DNA of 63,735 bases, filler included, from Phoronis australis (GCA_002633005.1; 4 parts of 4 records of this genome joined end to end with filler, not necessarily neighbours in it); one strand, 5' to 3'. Positions 50,201 through 62,990 are shown, counted from the first letter of the whole stretch. Notes: a model not told the origin generated them from the letters alone. Numbers and translations are program-made.

Positions 50201-53200
50201 TTCGGGCAAATGTGGGAACATATTACATTACAGGTTTCTTTCAAATATAGCCTATTTATAAGCGTGGTGGAATAATAAACATATTCGGTAATTTCAGTGC
50301 AAAACGCGCACCGCTTCATGGAAAACGAAACCATGCACGTGATCGGGCTATTTGGCCGTGTTGGCAAGCGTGAATTTTCACATTTTTTGAATCGCTACAG
50401 GTACATAGGAAAAATAAAATGATATCATAACCACTACTCAAGTAGTTCTACCCTTTGTGAGTTTAAGTTCATGAGACCCATGTACAGTTTCTTGTTCAAA
50501 TTCGTTAAGTTTTTGCGCTCACCAGTAAATGGAAACGTCTAAAGTTTAGACACAATTTCAAGAGTTTTGAGATATTCTCATTATAACCAACTGAAACACC
50601 TAAATTGCTTTCTAATAACGCATGAAAAAATTTGTAAAGAACTTCTCTGTTTCGTTGAAACATGGCGTCAAACACGAAGATCCACCATGTACAGAGTTAT
50701 GACTGATGACAAAAACAGTAGCACATTCAGTTTGTATACTGTACGTATTTTAAACATTTCAAAACTGAGGATATGAACCATTTACAATCTTTTTGGATAT
50801 TAGACTGTTGATCTGATACCATCTGTAAAAAAGTGATTTATCTTGCTAATAGCGCGCCAGGCAACTCGCTAGCTTTTTAGGTATATGTATCCAACGTCCA
50901 TTTAAAACAGTGGAAATTTTTAATCCTTGAATAATTTGCAGAAACCGAGGACAAGCGAACGTACAGTAGGCTACGCGACAGGGTCGGTTTTCGTGTACTA
51001 GTTTCTGAAGGATCAGTTCAACATTATTTCAATTGCTTATTAGTCAAAACGCTCGGAACCATTGATAACGTACACCTAACGTAAACACAATATTTCCTCA
51101 AGAGAAGCATTGAAGATGGGTGTCACTTTTAAAGTGCTTACCATAGACCAACAAGAACAGCGATGGATTAGTTTATAAAAGAACAGTCAGCTCTAGAATG
51201 GTGGAATCGGATAGCACATTCAAAGAGCAGATTCAGAGAGCGCTTCATGAAAATGATGTCCATCCCCACGTTAAATTTCAGAAAGATCCGTTAATCGATA
51301 CGGCACAAGAAATAATGATCAATCATTGAAGGAGAAGTCGTTGGAGAATCTCGAATAAATCAAGAACTGTAAGACGCAGAGGGGAACAAATGCATACTTC
51401 AGATAGCTTTGTTTATGTACCAAATTTCATATTAAGAATTCACCTACGGACCGCTATGCTAAACTTCCGTGAAATTTTGAAAAATGGCATTTCACCACCA
51501 CACCTCTGGTACGATTTCGCCCCAAAACAATAGGCATCGATCCTTTAACGAAATTAAAACTGTGTGGTAATCTCCCGTCGATCGAAGTTAAATACGATTT
51601 TTAGTGTGGTTACGGTGAACCAACATATCAACGAGGAATCGGTAAACAAAGGATGAATACAACCTGTAGTGCGGTTTTGGCGAACCATTGGATCAACAAG
51701 GAATTGGTAAACGAAAGAACAGTAATTAGACCAGTGAACCTCCAATAACTTGAAAGCGCCATATTGGAGCTACAAACGGGTGGCACGTCTATCCACATAC
51801 CAAATTGATGGCCACATAAGGTCGCCGGATATACATGTACGGCATGAGAGATCAATCAAAGAAAGAGAAGCCACTGGGAAATCTCGAATAACTAGAAAAC
51901 GGGAAATCATAACTAAAAACGGATGGCATATTCCAGACAGCTCTTGACAAGATCTATCTTCAAACCAAATTCAGAGGAATCCCTTCAACTAGAACCGTGG
52001 AGATTTAGCTCAGCGAAGCGAAAGTTCAAAAATGGCCGTCACGGCGCCGACTTTGCTCCGATATCACCCAAAAACCGTGTGTATCGAGCGCTTAAGAAGA
52101 AATATGTTGTGTATACAATTCCATGGCGATCGCTCAAAAAGTGAAACCGGATGCACACTATAATAGACGAACAAAAGTGCAGAGAGGAAATAGGGAATGA
52201 AAGAACAGTTGCCTGACCAGATCTCCAATAGCTCGACAAAACTAAGTCATAGCGAAAAACGGATGGATATCGCAGAAGCCTCTTTTTGACATCTATCCAA
52301 CTGCTAAATTCAAAATTATTTGCCAAAAGTCTCCGGAGATGAGGTATGAAAAATCAATAAATTTGAAAAGATGCCAACCCGGTTGCAGCCTATCAACAGA
52401 TACTAACCACGACTTTTCCATCCAGTTATCTGAAATAAAATAGTGTTCTCTAACCCTAGATAACCCTCAATAGGGTTTAGTATTCTTTAGAGAGAAGTCA
52501 AATTGCTCAAAAGCGGCACGTCGGAGCACAAACGAATGGCACAATACAGATAGGCCCTGACCAGATCCATCCACAAACCAAATTTCAAGAAAAAAACCGT
52601 TAAGGAACACCGGAGATAAGGCTCCGTAAAGCGAAAAATCGGTCGCGTCACCGCAAAACTCACGTAAGTTAAGAACCAAAAACACTAGACCACGCAAGCT
52701 TTTAACGAGAGTCACGTTTAAGTAAATCTCATGCCGATCGGTTTTGCGAATCATAACAGTAAAGTATAGAACCCACGTAATTCTTGAAGTCTGAGACGCA
52801 TGACTGCGCTGAAGCCTGAGAAACGTGCAAGAGTTGGAACCTTAGTCATCCGGAAATTTCGAATAACACGAGAACGGCTAGTCGTAGCCAGAAATTTTCT
52901 GTAAGCTTTTTATTATAATTGATACATACCAGGCCTGCAAAACTGGATGATTAAACATGATCGACCGCAGACACGACACCTCTCGGCGATGCAAGATCGT
53001 CTGAAACTGTCAACTACATGACGCAACTTTGTAAAAACATGCTTGCGCAATGTAAAGTAAACTACAGCACAGCTAGACAGTTTCACCAAGTTTCTTGAGT
53101 TGGGGTTCGTCTCAGTTTGAATGAAGGTGTGGATATGGAATTTGCTGCCGAGTTAAAAAGTTGTTCTCACGTCCTTCCGACTGGGAGTACGACAGTTTCC

Positions 53201-55679
53201 ACACCCGATTTGTCAGTCACCTTCACGGAATTCCGTCATTGTTTTGTTGGCGCGCGTTTGGTTGGCGCACATTTGGTTGGCGCGCGCATGGTTGTTGGCA
53301 TTAGTGTTTTGCAGATGTATGGATTTCTACATTGCAGTACTTTGTGATTTGTACATGTACTATAAAAATACATGTTCGTACTCGATGTTATTAACTAGCG
53401 TGTCGTTACACATTCCAGGTCATGTGAGAAAACATAAAACGTACTAGAATCTTTCAATATTTATTCGAATTTTTGAAAAGGAACTCATTTTTTACACGAC
53501 AGGTATATTGGAAGCTATTACCTGCACATAAGTTGCTGAAGCTTCAACCGATCCCGGGGGGGGGGGGTTATGACTCACCTCAGCATGCCCAATCCGACGG
53601 AAAACAACACAAAATTCACCTTACAACAAAGAGTAAAAACGAAGTATTGGCATTTTGAAGCTTGTTCAACACACCATGAAAAAGCATTGTGGACAAGTAC
53701 GGTGCTCCATCATATGTCACTTTGCTTGAGGTTGTCAGACAATGATTCAAACACGATATCACCGGGGAGCGAATGAAGCCCACTGATTACTTCAACGGTA
53801 GGAATCATTAACGCTAACTTGATTTATTTCAGTATGAAATTTATGGTTTCGGTTTGATCTAACTTTCAATACCTAATTCCTGTATTTCACACCCCTGCTC
53901 TTCTCGGCTGTGAGGTAAGATTACATTGATTGTCCGACGGTGGCGCTATGAGGTAAGAATACATTGATTGTTCAACGGTGGTGCTGTGTGAACGACAGGC
54001 TTCGCTGTCTTTTGTCCTTGAAAACCATCGGGAAGAAAAATTGTGACATCCTGCATCCGTGAATTTTCATTCACTTCCTTGAATCGGCATTGCAGCCCAC
54101 GGCACAGCACTAGTACTGTCCCGGCATAACTTACTGTAAATGTGACATAAGATATTCATCGTAATCTATTTTGCCCGAGGTACACCACGAGCTACGTTGC
54201 AGAGTAAAACAAGAGGAGGATTGGGAATAATGTCATTTATTATGACGTAAATAGATAAAACTAACTAAGACTCTGCAAGATGGGCATGGACAAAACGCCC
54301 ACCGGCGTGTACAATGAATAGCTCTGAAAGAGGGAACAAAACAAAAGAACTACCTGAAGGGCTTAAGGGAAAAGTACAGAAAATGAACACAAAAATTGAA
54401 AACACATTACAGGAAATGTATATGAGAAAAGAGAAAGTGAAACCGACACCCGGGATGGGGAGTGGGAAAAAATGCAGAGAACGAACGTAGGTCTTGTAGA
54501 CGACGAGCATTGGGTCTTTAATAGACCATGATTTTCTCTGACTGTAATGGAACACGACTTGGAAAGTTATTAAATACACTGTTGGTACAATGCAATAAAT
54601 GTCTAAAGAAACTAAAGATTCGAAGTCTTTTGCTCTCGCGTTCCGGGTGTCTTTTTTCTCTTGGTCTACGCTCTTTAATTCCTACTCACGGCTGCTCGCA
54701 CATTTTTCCCGAAAAATGTATTTTTCAGTTGTTTTCGTCTCCTGTCTTCAAGTCTGAAAGCCTAGGACAAAAACCGCGCAGAGGCCGATCTTATAAAATA
54801 ATTTTCTCATCGATAATATATTTTTAAAACACAATTGTTATATGTAATTGCGGTAAACCATTGTTGCAGGTATTTGAAGTTGGCAGGCTTTTAAGGAAAG
54901 GCGTTGTAGCCGAGGACACGGCATCTCTAGCGCTTGATATGATACTGAACATCTCCGCTTCTGCAAATAAAGCCTTCTCTCTAACTGAAATTGGTTACAT
55001 TCTCGAGATTCTTGAATTTATATCTCAAGTGAATGTTAGTCGTTCTTCTACTGTTGAGGTGAGCTGAATATGAATAATGAAGCCAGCTAAGTCTAACATA
55101 TGTCAGACACTATCAGTACATTGAAGGTTTGTCATTTTCGCCCACTTCTAAGAATCGCTTCAGATTGGCCTGGCTATATAATGACTTAAACTACGGTGGG
55201 AATTTCTGTCCTTGTGGATGTGTAAATTCTACAAATAAGCCAAGCGGTCGCCAGACATCCATTAGTTTACTAGTCAGAAGTTAGGGATATATTTTACATC
55301 GTAACCATGAAGCAATAAGATTATTTTTCGTAAATCTATCAGGCACACATCCATATTTAGCTGTCTTTCAAGGTTGGTAATATCCATATAATTACTTCAT
55401 TACTAGTCGCACTTTACTGATGGTGTATACACTGTTCGTTTCTCTGTTAATTCAAAGGGTGTTGTTCAGCATGTTTACTACATATCAGTGCTACCGAACC
55501 AGTTTTTTGTCTTTTTTAGAAATATTTAGATGTGTTGTCTGTCGTCATCGTTCAAATGATATTGAACGATGATCTACAAGTGCGACAGTATGCCATTGAG
55601 ATCATGCTTAATACCGAAATCATTGTGGAACAGGGAGTGAAAAGTAACGTGACGTTTGAATACTCCAACGGGGAAATCG
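38293..55679 (+). CDS. Partial multi-exon extracellular receptor gene, probable adhesion GPCR ectodomain. Exons: about 38293(5' boundary uncertain)-38462, 39727-39825, 40373-40584, 41279-41450, 43646-44095, 49729-50045, 54870-55058, 55520-55679
   Basis: All seven junctions have splice signals and matching phases (1,1,0,1,1,0,0). Domains: LamG/pentraxin-like (WRNIAFTFDS..IHVYVDG; FQGYLRNLAIW), CTL1 (NACF..C..VWLGLR/WRW..AFCE), CTL2 (MTFSKAVEEC..YWIG..C..W..IIC..VVC), S/T stalk, helical GAIN-A-like segment. Truncated by the linker. Confidence 0.75.
38530..39195. mobile_element. Possible Helentron-associated (HINE/DINE-like) non-autonomous element
   Basis: Starts AACAAGA, has a short GC hairpin GAGCCCGTCGGGCTC near the 5' end, and an AT-rich body. 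Confidence 0.35.
40019..40261. mobile_element. MITE with 15-bp TIRs; a related end starts at 40659
   Basis: CATGCGCGCACCCAG ... CTGGGTGCGCGCATG. The same terminus and AAATGAGCCCC recur at 40659-40712. Confidence 0.7.
42787..43012. repeat. Minisatellite, 44-bp unit, about 5 copies
   Basis: CAAGAGTATGATAGGACAAACATATTGCATTTATAATCATTTCT repeated head to tail with no spacers. Confidence 0.95.
44821..47416 (+). mobile_element. Gmr1-type Ty3/gypsy pol fragment (end of protease region, integrase, RT, RNase H connection); one frameshift near 45385, no LTRs seen
   Basis: HHCC (AHES..GHLG..CRSCDIC), DDE (AVDLIGP, LSDFGTQF, GLCERIN) and GPY, followed by RT (FCIDFRRLN, KIDLSKGYWQ, MPFGL, YVDDI) and PVLRLPDFSKPF. 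Confidence 0.92.
48560..49466 (-). pseudogene. Two-exon THAP domain remnant (49466-49278 and 48621 to about 48560)
   Basis: PY*CYFPRCKSSTGGHKFSKD..LHSWRIAVKR...KSRVCS, a GTAAGT donor, then ERKCLKPAT*RSILP (compare LKPDAVPSIF). Confidence 0.7.
53246..53295. repeat. 15-bp unit, 3 copies
   Basis: GTTGGCGCGCGTTTG variants in tandem. Confidence 0.7.
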
Positions 55680-55694
55680 GTAAGCATATAAAAA

Positions 55695-55794
55695 NNNNNN
55701 NNNNNNNNNNNNNNNNNNNNNNNNNNNNNNNNNNNNNNTTAATTAATTAANNNNNNNNNNNNNNNNNNNNNNNNNNNNNNNNNNNNNNNNNNNN
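55695..55794. other. Artificial scaffold-join linker
   Basis: N44-TTAATTAATTAA-N44. Confidence 0.95.
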
Positions 55795-58700
55795 ACTTGT
55801 TTGCAACAAAATTCCATGAGGTAAGTTTGTAAAGATGTGTTGTGTTGAGGTATCTTCACACAAGTCTGTACGACTCTAAATAAGTACAAGTACACTGCAG
55901 ATGCTGTGCAGTGTGGTAAAACATTAAGTATAACTCAGAGCCAGCCCCAACATGGCTACAATAATTCTGTCAAGTCTCTGTCACAATCTTCAAACTCGAA
56001 TTTGTCAAGTCAGTGTCCCTAATTATTTTCCCATGAAGTGATAAGTGTATGACATTAAGTCCATGGTGTAAACATGACTGTGTATTTAGGGATGCTATGT
56101 TGCTGTATTAAACAACGAAAGCATCTGAACTAAAACAATGATTTTCAAAAATAGTGCTACATGAGGGTGTAAAGCATGAAGCGAGTTGCCATGTCTCGCG
56201 ATCTCGTTAAATACTGGTTCAGTCTGCTGATACATGGAAACAGCCCAATGTCTTCTTTCTGTTTAAGTTTGTGTATCTGGATTAATTGTAATGCTGGTGT
56301 GTTACAATCTTTTTAGGTTATGCATTTTGTGGAAAAAAGACAAAAAGATTGCAAGTAAGTGTATCTTTAAACTATTTAACAAGGCTTGGAAGTTTCCGCG
56401 GAAACGCGGATTTCCGCTTTTTTCAAATGTTCTGTCCGCATATTTTATTATATTTCCGCGAAAAAAAAATGGATTTGATATAAAATTTCCGAGGCAAATT
56501 TCTTTGTTACCGCGGCGTTGCCGACGACTTTCACCTTGAAAAGCAGAAGTTGCTCTTTATGTTTTGGAGGAACGTAAATTGTCAACATTCCCGGAGCATC
56601 TGGGATAGCGTGGTGGATTTCTTCAATGGCATCTCGTGTGATTGTAAACCGCGGTGACAAATACTACGACTCTGCAGCCAAAATGTGAGGTGGGAGTGGA
56701 CAGACGAGCTTAAAAAATGCAGACGCACGCTACTGGAGGTGGCACCGTTTTTGTGTTTTTTTCTCTTTTAGTCCTCCCGATTTTTGTCGGCAAAAGGGGT
56801 CCACATTGACTATTTCAAGGCTGGGTGTGCGCATCTTTGGGCCGTAAAAATTTCCGCTTTTTTGTCATTGGTCATTCCAAGCCCTGATTTAAGCTAGACT
56901 AAAGTCAAAATGTTCTACATATCCAAACTGTTTTTGAGACTACCTATAGTTACCTAGTTATGACATGATATACAGTGAAATTGATCAACATAATTGTGAT
57001 CTAGATTTTCATTTACATATGATCATGCACAGCCATGTTGTTGAGCCTGATTAACTGATGTAGCTACATTGTTTTAAGTGTTTCCACACTGTATTTCCGA
57101 ATAGTAATGTTCAGGTTTGTCAGGCTGGTTACAATGACTTCAGCTATATTGTTGTTGTAGTGCGTAATGTACTTCTCTGTCCATTAGATATGTGCTCATC
57201 GATACTCCTGGACAGATTGAAGTGTTTACCTGGTCAGCGTCAGGAAGTATTATCACAGAGACTTTGGTGAGTGTTTTGTTTGTCAGAGGAGAGAGATTCA
57301 TCATCTCTCTGTCTCTCTACAATTCTATATGTATTCTATGGTTTTCATCTATGAATGCCGCATACGGTTGTCATATAATGATTTTGATTAAGAGCCTACT
57401 GGTGCTTTGACACCAATTTGCAAGCTCAAAAGTCAAGGATTTGTTGTTAGAGATCTGAGTACCACCAGTTTTGCTTCAAAATAGTTGCCAGAATTCTGTT
57501 TGAAGTGAGTCTTGTTTATTACTGTGCGCTTACAAGTACAGTCTTGCTATTTGGTTTTTATCTTATTCTTCTTGTTATTATTCTTTCCGACCTTTTTTAC
57601 GACCTATTAATAACACTCAAACAACTTTAACTTGCAACTTTGAAACTTTCCTGGTAGGTTTCAGCCATCAACAAATTCGACTCATAATGCACTTGGAAGT
57701 GGTCAAAAGGTGCAAAGACCATCTAATTTAATCAAAATGTTTTCTCCTACATTTTTTAAGGAATTCCTTTCAATTTCAGTGCACAAGTATATTAGTCTAC
57801 ATGGCAATTAAGTGCATTACTTTTTTAAGCAATCGGGCCATGCGATCACTAACAGATAAAATATGTCAAAGGTCGTTGAATGCAAACTTAAATTTTAAGC
57901 TAGACACTTCAAATTCCCAAATCTAATTGGTACATGTAATTGAGTTCCAGTTCAAAAGTTTCAGGTCATTTGGTGCAACCATGAGGTCATTTGATGCAAC
58001 CATGAGGTCATTTATGCATTTTTCTTCTGAAATTTTGACCTACTAATTTATCAAGTTTCTGATGTGTCATCAATTAGGACAGCTTTGATTTCCTGCATTA
58101 AACACACTTTTCCCATACTTTGCAATAATTCTTCTAAAACTGCATATTATGCTCTGAAATGGCCAAATAGTGCATAGGTCAAGACATATAATTTTCAAAA
58201 TGTTATTTCTCCAACATTTTTGAAGAATTCTCTTCAATTTCAGCATACAGGTGTAAGCATACATGGCAACCAAATATATTTTGTAAGCAATCAGGCCATC
58301 CAATAAGATAGAATTAGTCAAAGGTCATTGAGTGCAAACATAAATTTTGAACTAGACTCACCAAATTCACGCATCCGGTTCATTTGGTACATATAATTGA
58401 CCTGCAACTACTAAGTTTCAGTTCATTTGCTGCAACCAGGCGATCATTAGGTGTATTTCGCTTCTGAAAATTTGACCTTTTCATTCAACATGTTAACTTA
58501 ACAGACTGTTGTGATTTTCAGCATTAACAATGCTTTTATGGACGTCACATTTATTTCACCACTGGGGCTCATAATGAGTCAAATATTACCAAATGTTACC
58601 TAATTTCATTCAACATCCATTCTTCTTACACAATTTCTATTTTACTGTTCGTGCAGTTAATCATCTATGGTTCAGCATGATCCATATTTTATATTCTTGT

Positions 58701-59709
58701 TTAGTTTTGCTATGGTGCACGAGCCACTGGAAAGGTTGTAAACTTTCCACAAGGTCTCACTCGCGCAGAGTCATTATTGCCACTTTTTGACAATAATCTT
58801 TCAAGTTTTAAGAAGTACGCTACTTGGACATTGAATTCTATGTGCATTCAGCTATCATGACAAGAATCCTACTCGAATTCAGTGGTCACGACGAGAAGTT
58901 GCGTATTATTTTTGTCAACTGCTGATAAAGTGGTCAGATGTTAACACAGCATCTATGTTAGGTGTGTTTTTATTATGGAATTTCTGCCCATTATTGTCAT
59001 TGCTAAATCGTGTAGTAATGCAATGGTGCTCTGTTTGCAGGCTTCCAGCTTTCCAACGGTGGTGGTCTATGTCATGGACACGTCACGCAGTGTCAACCCA
59101 GTCACGTTCATGTCCAACATGCTCTATGCTTGCAGTATTCTCTACAAGACGAAGTTGCCATTTATTATTGCCATGAACAAGGTAACACACGCTGAAGGCC
59201 ATTCCTCAAAATACTTACTGTATCTATTATCATTTAATTATGTGATTGTGTAAAGCTCTCCGTTCCATAGTTTAAACTCACTTTATTTGCTAATTCATGT
59301 GAGAAAATGTTTCTGGACGTGAAAAATAGTTTGCTCGACGTAGAAAGTTGTGCGCTATGACAAGCCAACTTGGACAACTTCCTGAACTATTCACTAGACA
59401 TCGGGTTTAAAGAAATAAAATTTGTGCTCTGCTTTTCTCTGCATTGGATACATCAATCTTTGGAGAGTTATCTCTGTATTTGGGCACATGCACACTTTTT
59501 CTCACTTTTCTGAAATCTTTCAAACAGGTATCATTGTCATTGTTTTTTTTCTATCTTTGTAGACTGACATAGTTGACTGTACTTTTGCACTGGAGTGGAT
59601 GAAGGACTTTGAAGTATTCCAGGATGCTCTGCAGCACGAGACGTCCTATGTGTCGAATTTGACCAGGTCCATGAGTCTTGTATTGGACGAGTTTTATGAG
59701 AACATCAAG
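55795..59709 (+). CDS. GPN1: GPN-loop GTPase 1, partial. Exons: <55795-55820, 56317-56354, 57188-57266, 59041-59181, 59563-59709
   Basis: GT-AG spliced translation [143 protein letters not shown] is the conserved GPN1/Npa3 core. Confidence 0.96.
56380..56886 (+). mobile_element. About 505-bp hAT-like MITE, copy 1
   Basis: Ends CAAGGCTTGGAA / TTCCAAGCCCTG; subterminal TTTCCGCG motifs; co-linear with 62223-62728 and 63365-63735. Confidence 0.8.
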
Positions 59710-60049
59710 GTATGTGATTCCGGGGGCCTATTTTATTCAAAGGTTGCAAGTGTGGCCTTGGCTATGACAGCTCAGTATAAATGTGCTTCTTGAAGGCAAT
59801 CGTTAATTCTGACATCAAAAATTTGTCAACTTATAATCAGTTGCAACATTTGACAGTGTTGCTTTCACTATCAGGGGGATTAGAAAGTCTACAATATGAA
59901 GGTCTGGAGTGAGAACTGTTGTTGATATAGGTACATGCTGCTCCAGTATGAGGATCTTTGTCTTAAAATAGGCTAATATTGCGCCGCTTATTATCCATTT
60001 TGAACATATTAGAGACAGAATTAAAATTATGTTTGTTGTAAGTGAAATC

Positions 60050-60520
60050 AACTTACTCGTAAACCTTGGAGTTGGAGTTCGAACGTTCCGAACTGTGCTC
60101 TGCAGTTCTTTTTCAACGGCTGGTAGGGGGCGTCCTGATTTCCAGTCCTTATGTTACCCGGAAGTAATATAGCATCGTATATTGGTGGGAGCTGTAGACC
60201 TGGGTCCTGGTTCACGGTAGACTTTTTGGTTTTTATATATAAATTGACTCTTTGATCTTCCTAGAAAACCAGTTTTCTTCTTTGGCCAGTATTTTGGCAT
60301 GTTTTTCACATAAAGTGTGGCCGGATATGCCAAGGTGTTCTCCCACACCAGTGGGCTTGTCCAGTTTATTGTTTTCCTTAATTCTTGAGCCCAGAGATCG
60401 CTTGGTCTCACCGATGTAAGTATGAGACGGATCTTTAGTGCATGACAGTTGATATATAACACAGCATTGACGATCAACTGTGGTGGGATCTGTAGGGTGG
60501 ACTAACTGAGAAACCACTCA
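60050..60520 (-). mobile_element. Penelope-like element 3' fragment (GIY-YIG endonuclease plus downstream UTR)
   Basis: CVIYQLSC....TYIGETKRSLGSRIKE...VGEHL...GH...KILAKEENWFSRKIKESIYI. Confidence 0.85.
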
Positions 60521-61551
60521 CAAACTGGTTAGTTAATTTTTTGCCGACCGCCAGCTGGCCGCAATGCCGACTAATAAGGCAACTCTCAAGCCTACTCTCC
60601 TGCTGACCTTAATTGACGACGCGGTGGACGGCTGCTATTTTTAGGAGTGGCAGTTGCATAATAGGTTGTCAGATGAATGCCACGTTGCGTGCCAATGCAT
60701 ATTAGTCTCTAGCCCTGGCGACCACTAGAAGTGACACAATAAACTTATTTGTTTGTAACCTGTGTCCTAGAACTGAAAATTGTATGCGTTTCTGTTTGCC
60801 AGAGGAAACACAGACTACCTGGAAAATTTTGTTTAGCGTTACATGTACCAAGTTATGACAGCTAGTATTGTTACTCCGACGATTTTATTTCCAGAGTTTT
60901 ACCCCTTGGAGTAGACGGGAAACACGAAGTATTGTGTTCTTACTCCAGAGGGCTCGGAAGGCTCTAGCCTTTGTTCAAAGCTGTTTACTAAATTAAATAT
61001 ATTGCTTTGCACCGATTTGAGGAAAATCTGACCAGATGAAATATGATTCAAAATTTGTGTCATTAAAAACTGAGTAAACTAAATTATTTACCGGTATAGC
61101 AAAAATTGGCTTTCTACCGTTATTCTGCTGCGAAAAATGTGGTTTGATCTTTTACGTCGGCTTTTGGTGTAATGAAATATTGCGTTACCAAATAATCATT
61201 TTCTTTTTTTCCCAATTCTTCATTCAAAACGTTCTTTCACGAGGTAAATGTCACAACAAATTATTGAAACTGGTTTCACTTCTCATTTTAAGTTTTTAGA
61301 ATCTTGATAACAGCAAACTGAGTTTTAGAGCAAATTTTGCTGCTGCGAAGCCGTCATCATTTGTTAAGATAATTATGTGGAAAAAAATTTGGAAGTGGCG
61401 CGTGTCACGAATGTAGTTTTCAAGAACTTTAACACTTGATGTAACTGTGCTCAACCAACATCTTCAGTTGGCATCCTAGTGTCCTTAATGGTTTTGTCCC
61501 TAAACCAAGACCATCTCTAGTAAGCAGGACAACAGAGTTGATCAGTTGATG

Positions 61552-61651
61552 NNNNNNNNNNNNNNNNNNNNNNNNNNNNNNNNNNNNNNNNNNNNTTAAT
61601 TAATTAANNNNNNNNNNNNNNNNNNNNNNNNNNNNNNNNNNNNNNNNNNNN
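61552..61651. other. Artificial scaffold-join linker
   Basis: N44-TTAATTAATTAA-N44. Confidence 0.95.
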
Positions 61652-62006
61652 CGCCGAGGTAATACTTCCAGACAGTAGTAGGTCAAAATGATGTAAAAAT
61701 GAATCAATTTTAGAAGGATTCTGTATATGTACAAAGCTAGAGTAATGCATTGAAACTGTAATAAATGTATAATAATAATAGCACTGGAAGAATGTGTGAT
61801 CAGCGAAGAAATATGAAATCATTGGAGCTATTGTTGACAGTTGGAACAAATTTGAAAGATTTTCGAACTTTTTATCAAGTTTTTAGGTATTTCAACTTTT
61901 TGTTGGCTCTTGGATTTTAAAGATTATCTATTAATTCTGATAGCAGTTCCTAATCATAATTATCTATGCCTTTACTATAATTTCCATTTCTCCCCTTTCC
62001 TTCCAG

Positions 62007-62990
62007 TCGGCCAGTGCCCTGGGTGAGTTACTGGAGACCATGGACAGGGCGGAGCCTAAGAATGCCCAGCTGTACTGTGATATGGCTGCAGTCTTCTCAA
62101 GGGTGGTGAGTGCTAGAGGGGTGCTGAAAGTGTAGCAAAAGTGAAGCTTCAGTTGAACTAGAACAACAGTATGAAACTGGTATTAGTTATCTTTCATTGA
62201 TATTTTGCTGCCTTCTCTACTAGAGAGCTTGGAATTTTCCACGGAAACGCGGATTTCCGCTTTTTTCAAATGTTCTGTCAAATGTTTATTATATTTCCGC
62301 GTAAAAAAAATCGGATTTGATATAAAATTTCCAGGGCAAATTTCTTTCTTATCGCGGCGTTGCCGACGACTTTCACCTCGAAAAGCAGAAGTTGCTCTTT
62401 ATGTTTCGGAGGAACGTAAATTGTCAACATTGCCGGGTCACCTGGGATAGCATGGTGGATTTCTTCAATGGCGTTTTGTGAGACTGTAAATCGCGGCGAC
62501 AAATACTACGACTTTGCAGCCAGAAATGTGTGGAGGTGGGAGTGGACGGACAAGCTAAAAAGACGCAGACGCACGCTTCTGGAGGTGGTACCTTTTATNT
62601 TTTTTTTTTTTCTAGTCGTCTCGATTTTGGTCGGCAAAAGGTCCACACCGACTCTTTCAAGGCTGGCTGCGCATGTTTCGGGCCGTAAAAATTTCTGCAC
62701 TTTTCGCCATTGGTCATTCCAAGCCCTGTATTTTTGAGTGTTTGTGCAACCATACTTTCAATACCATCAGTATTACCAGAAATGGAAATGGGATTTTAAT
62801 GGTGCCATTTTGACTGCATTAGATACTTGTAGTATCCTTCATTATGGAACTACGTTCTGACAATGTAACTTGATGAAAATAATTGCATTTCTTCACTTCA
62901 CAGAATGTTGAACCGGAACCAACTTCTCAGCAGAAGCGATCCACAAGAGGGCGCAAGAAGAAAGTACACGAGGACGTAATTGATGAAGAG
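62007..62990 (+). CDS. Two internal exons (62007-62105, 62904-62990) of an unidentified gene
   Basis: Polypyrimidine-CAG acceptors and GTGAGT/GTAAAT donors, both phase 0: SASALGELLETMDRAEPKNAQLYCDMAAVFSRV / NVEPEPTSQQKRSTRGRKKKVHEDVIDEE. Confidence 0.65.
62223..62728 (+). mobile_element. hAT-like MITE, copy 2
   Basis: Co-linear with 56380-56886; ends TTCCAAGCCCTG. Confidence 0.8.
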
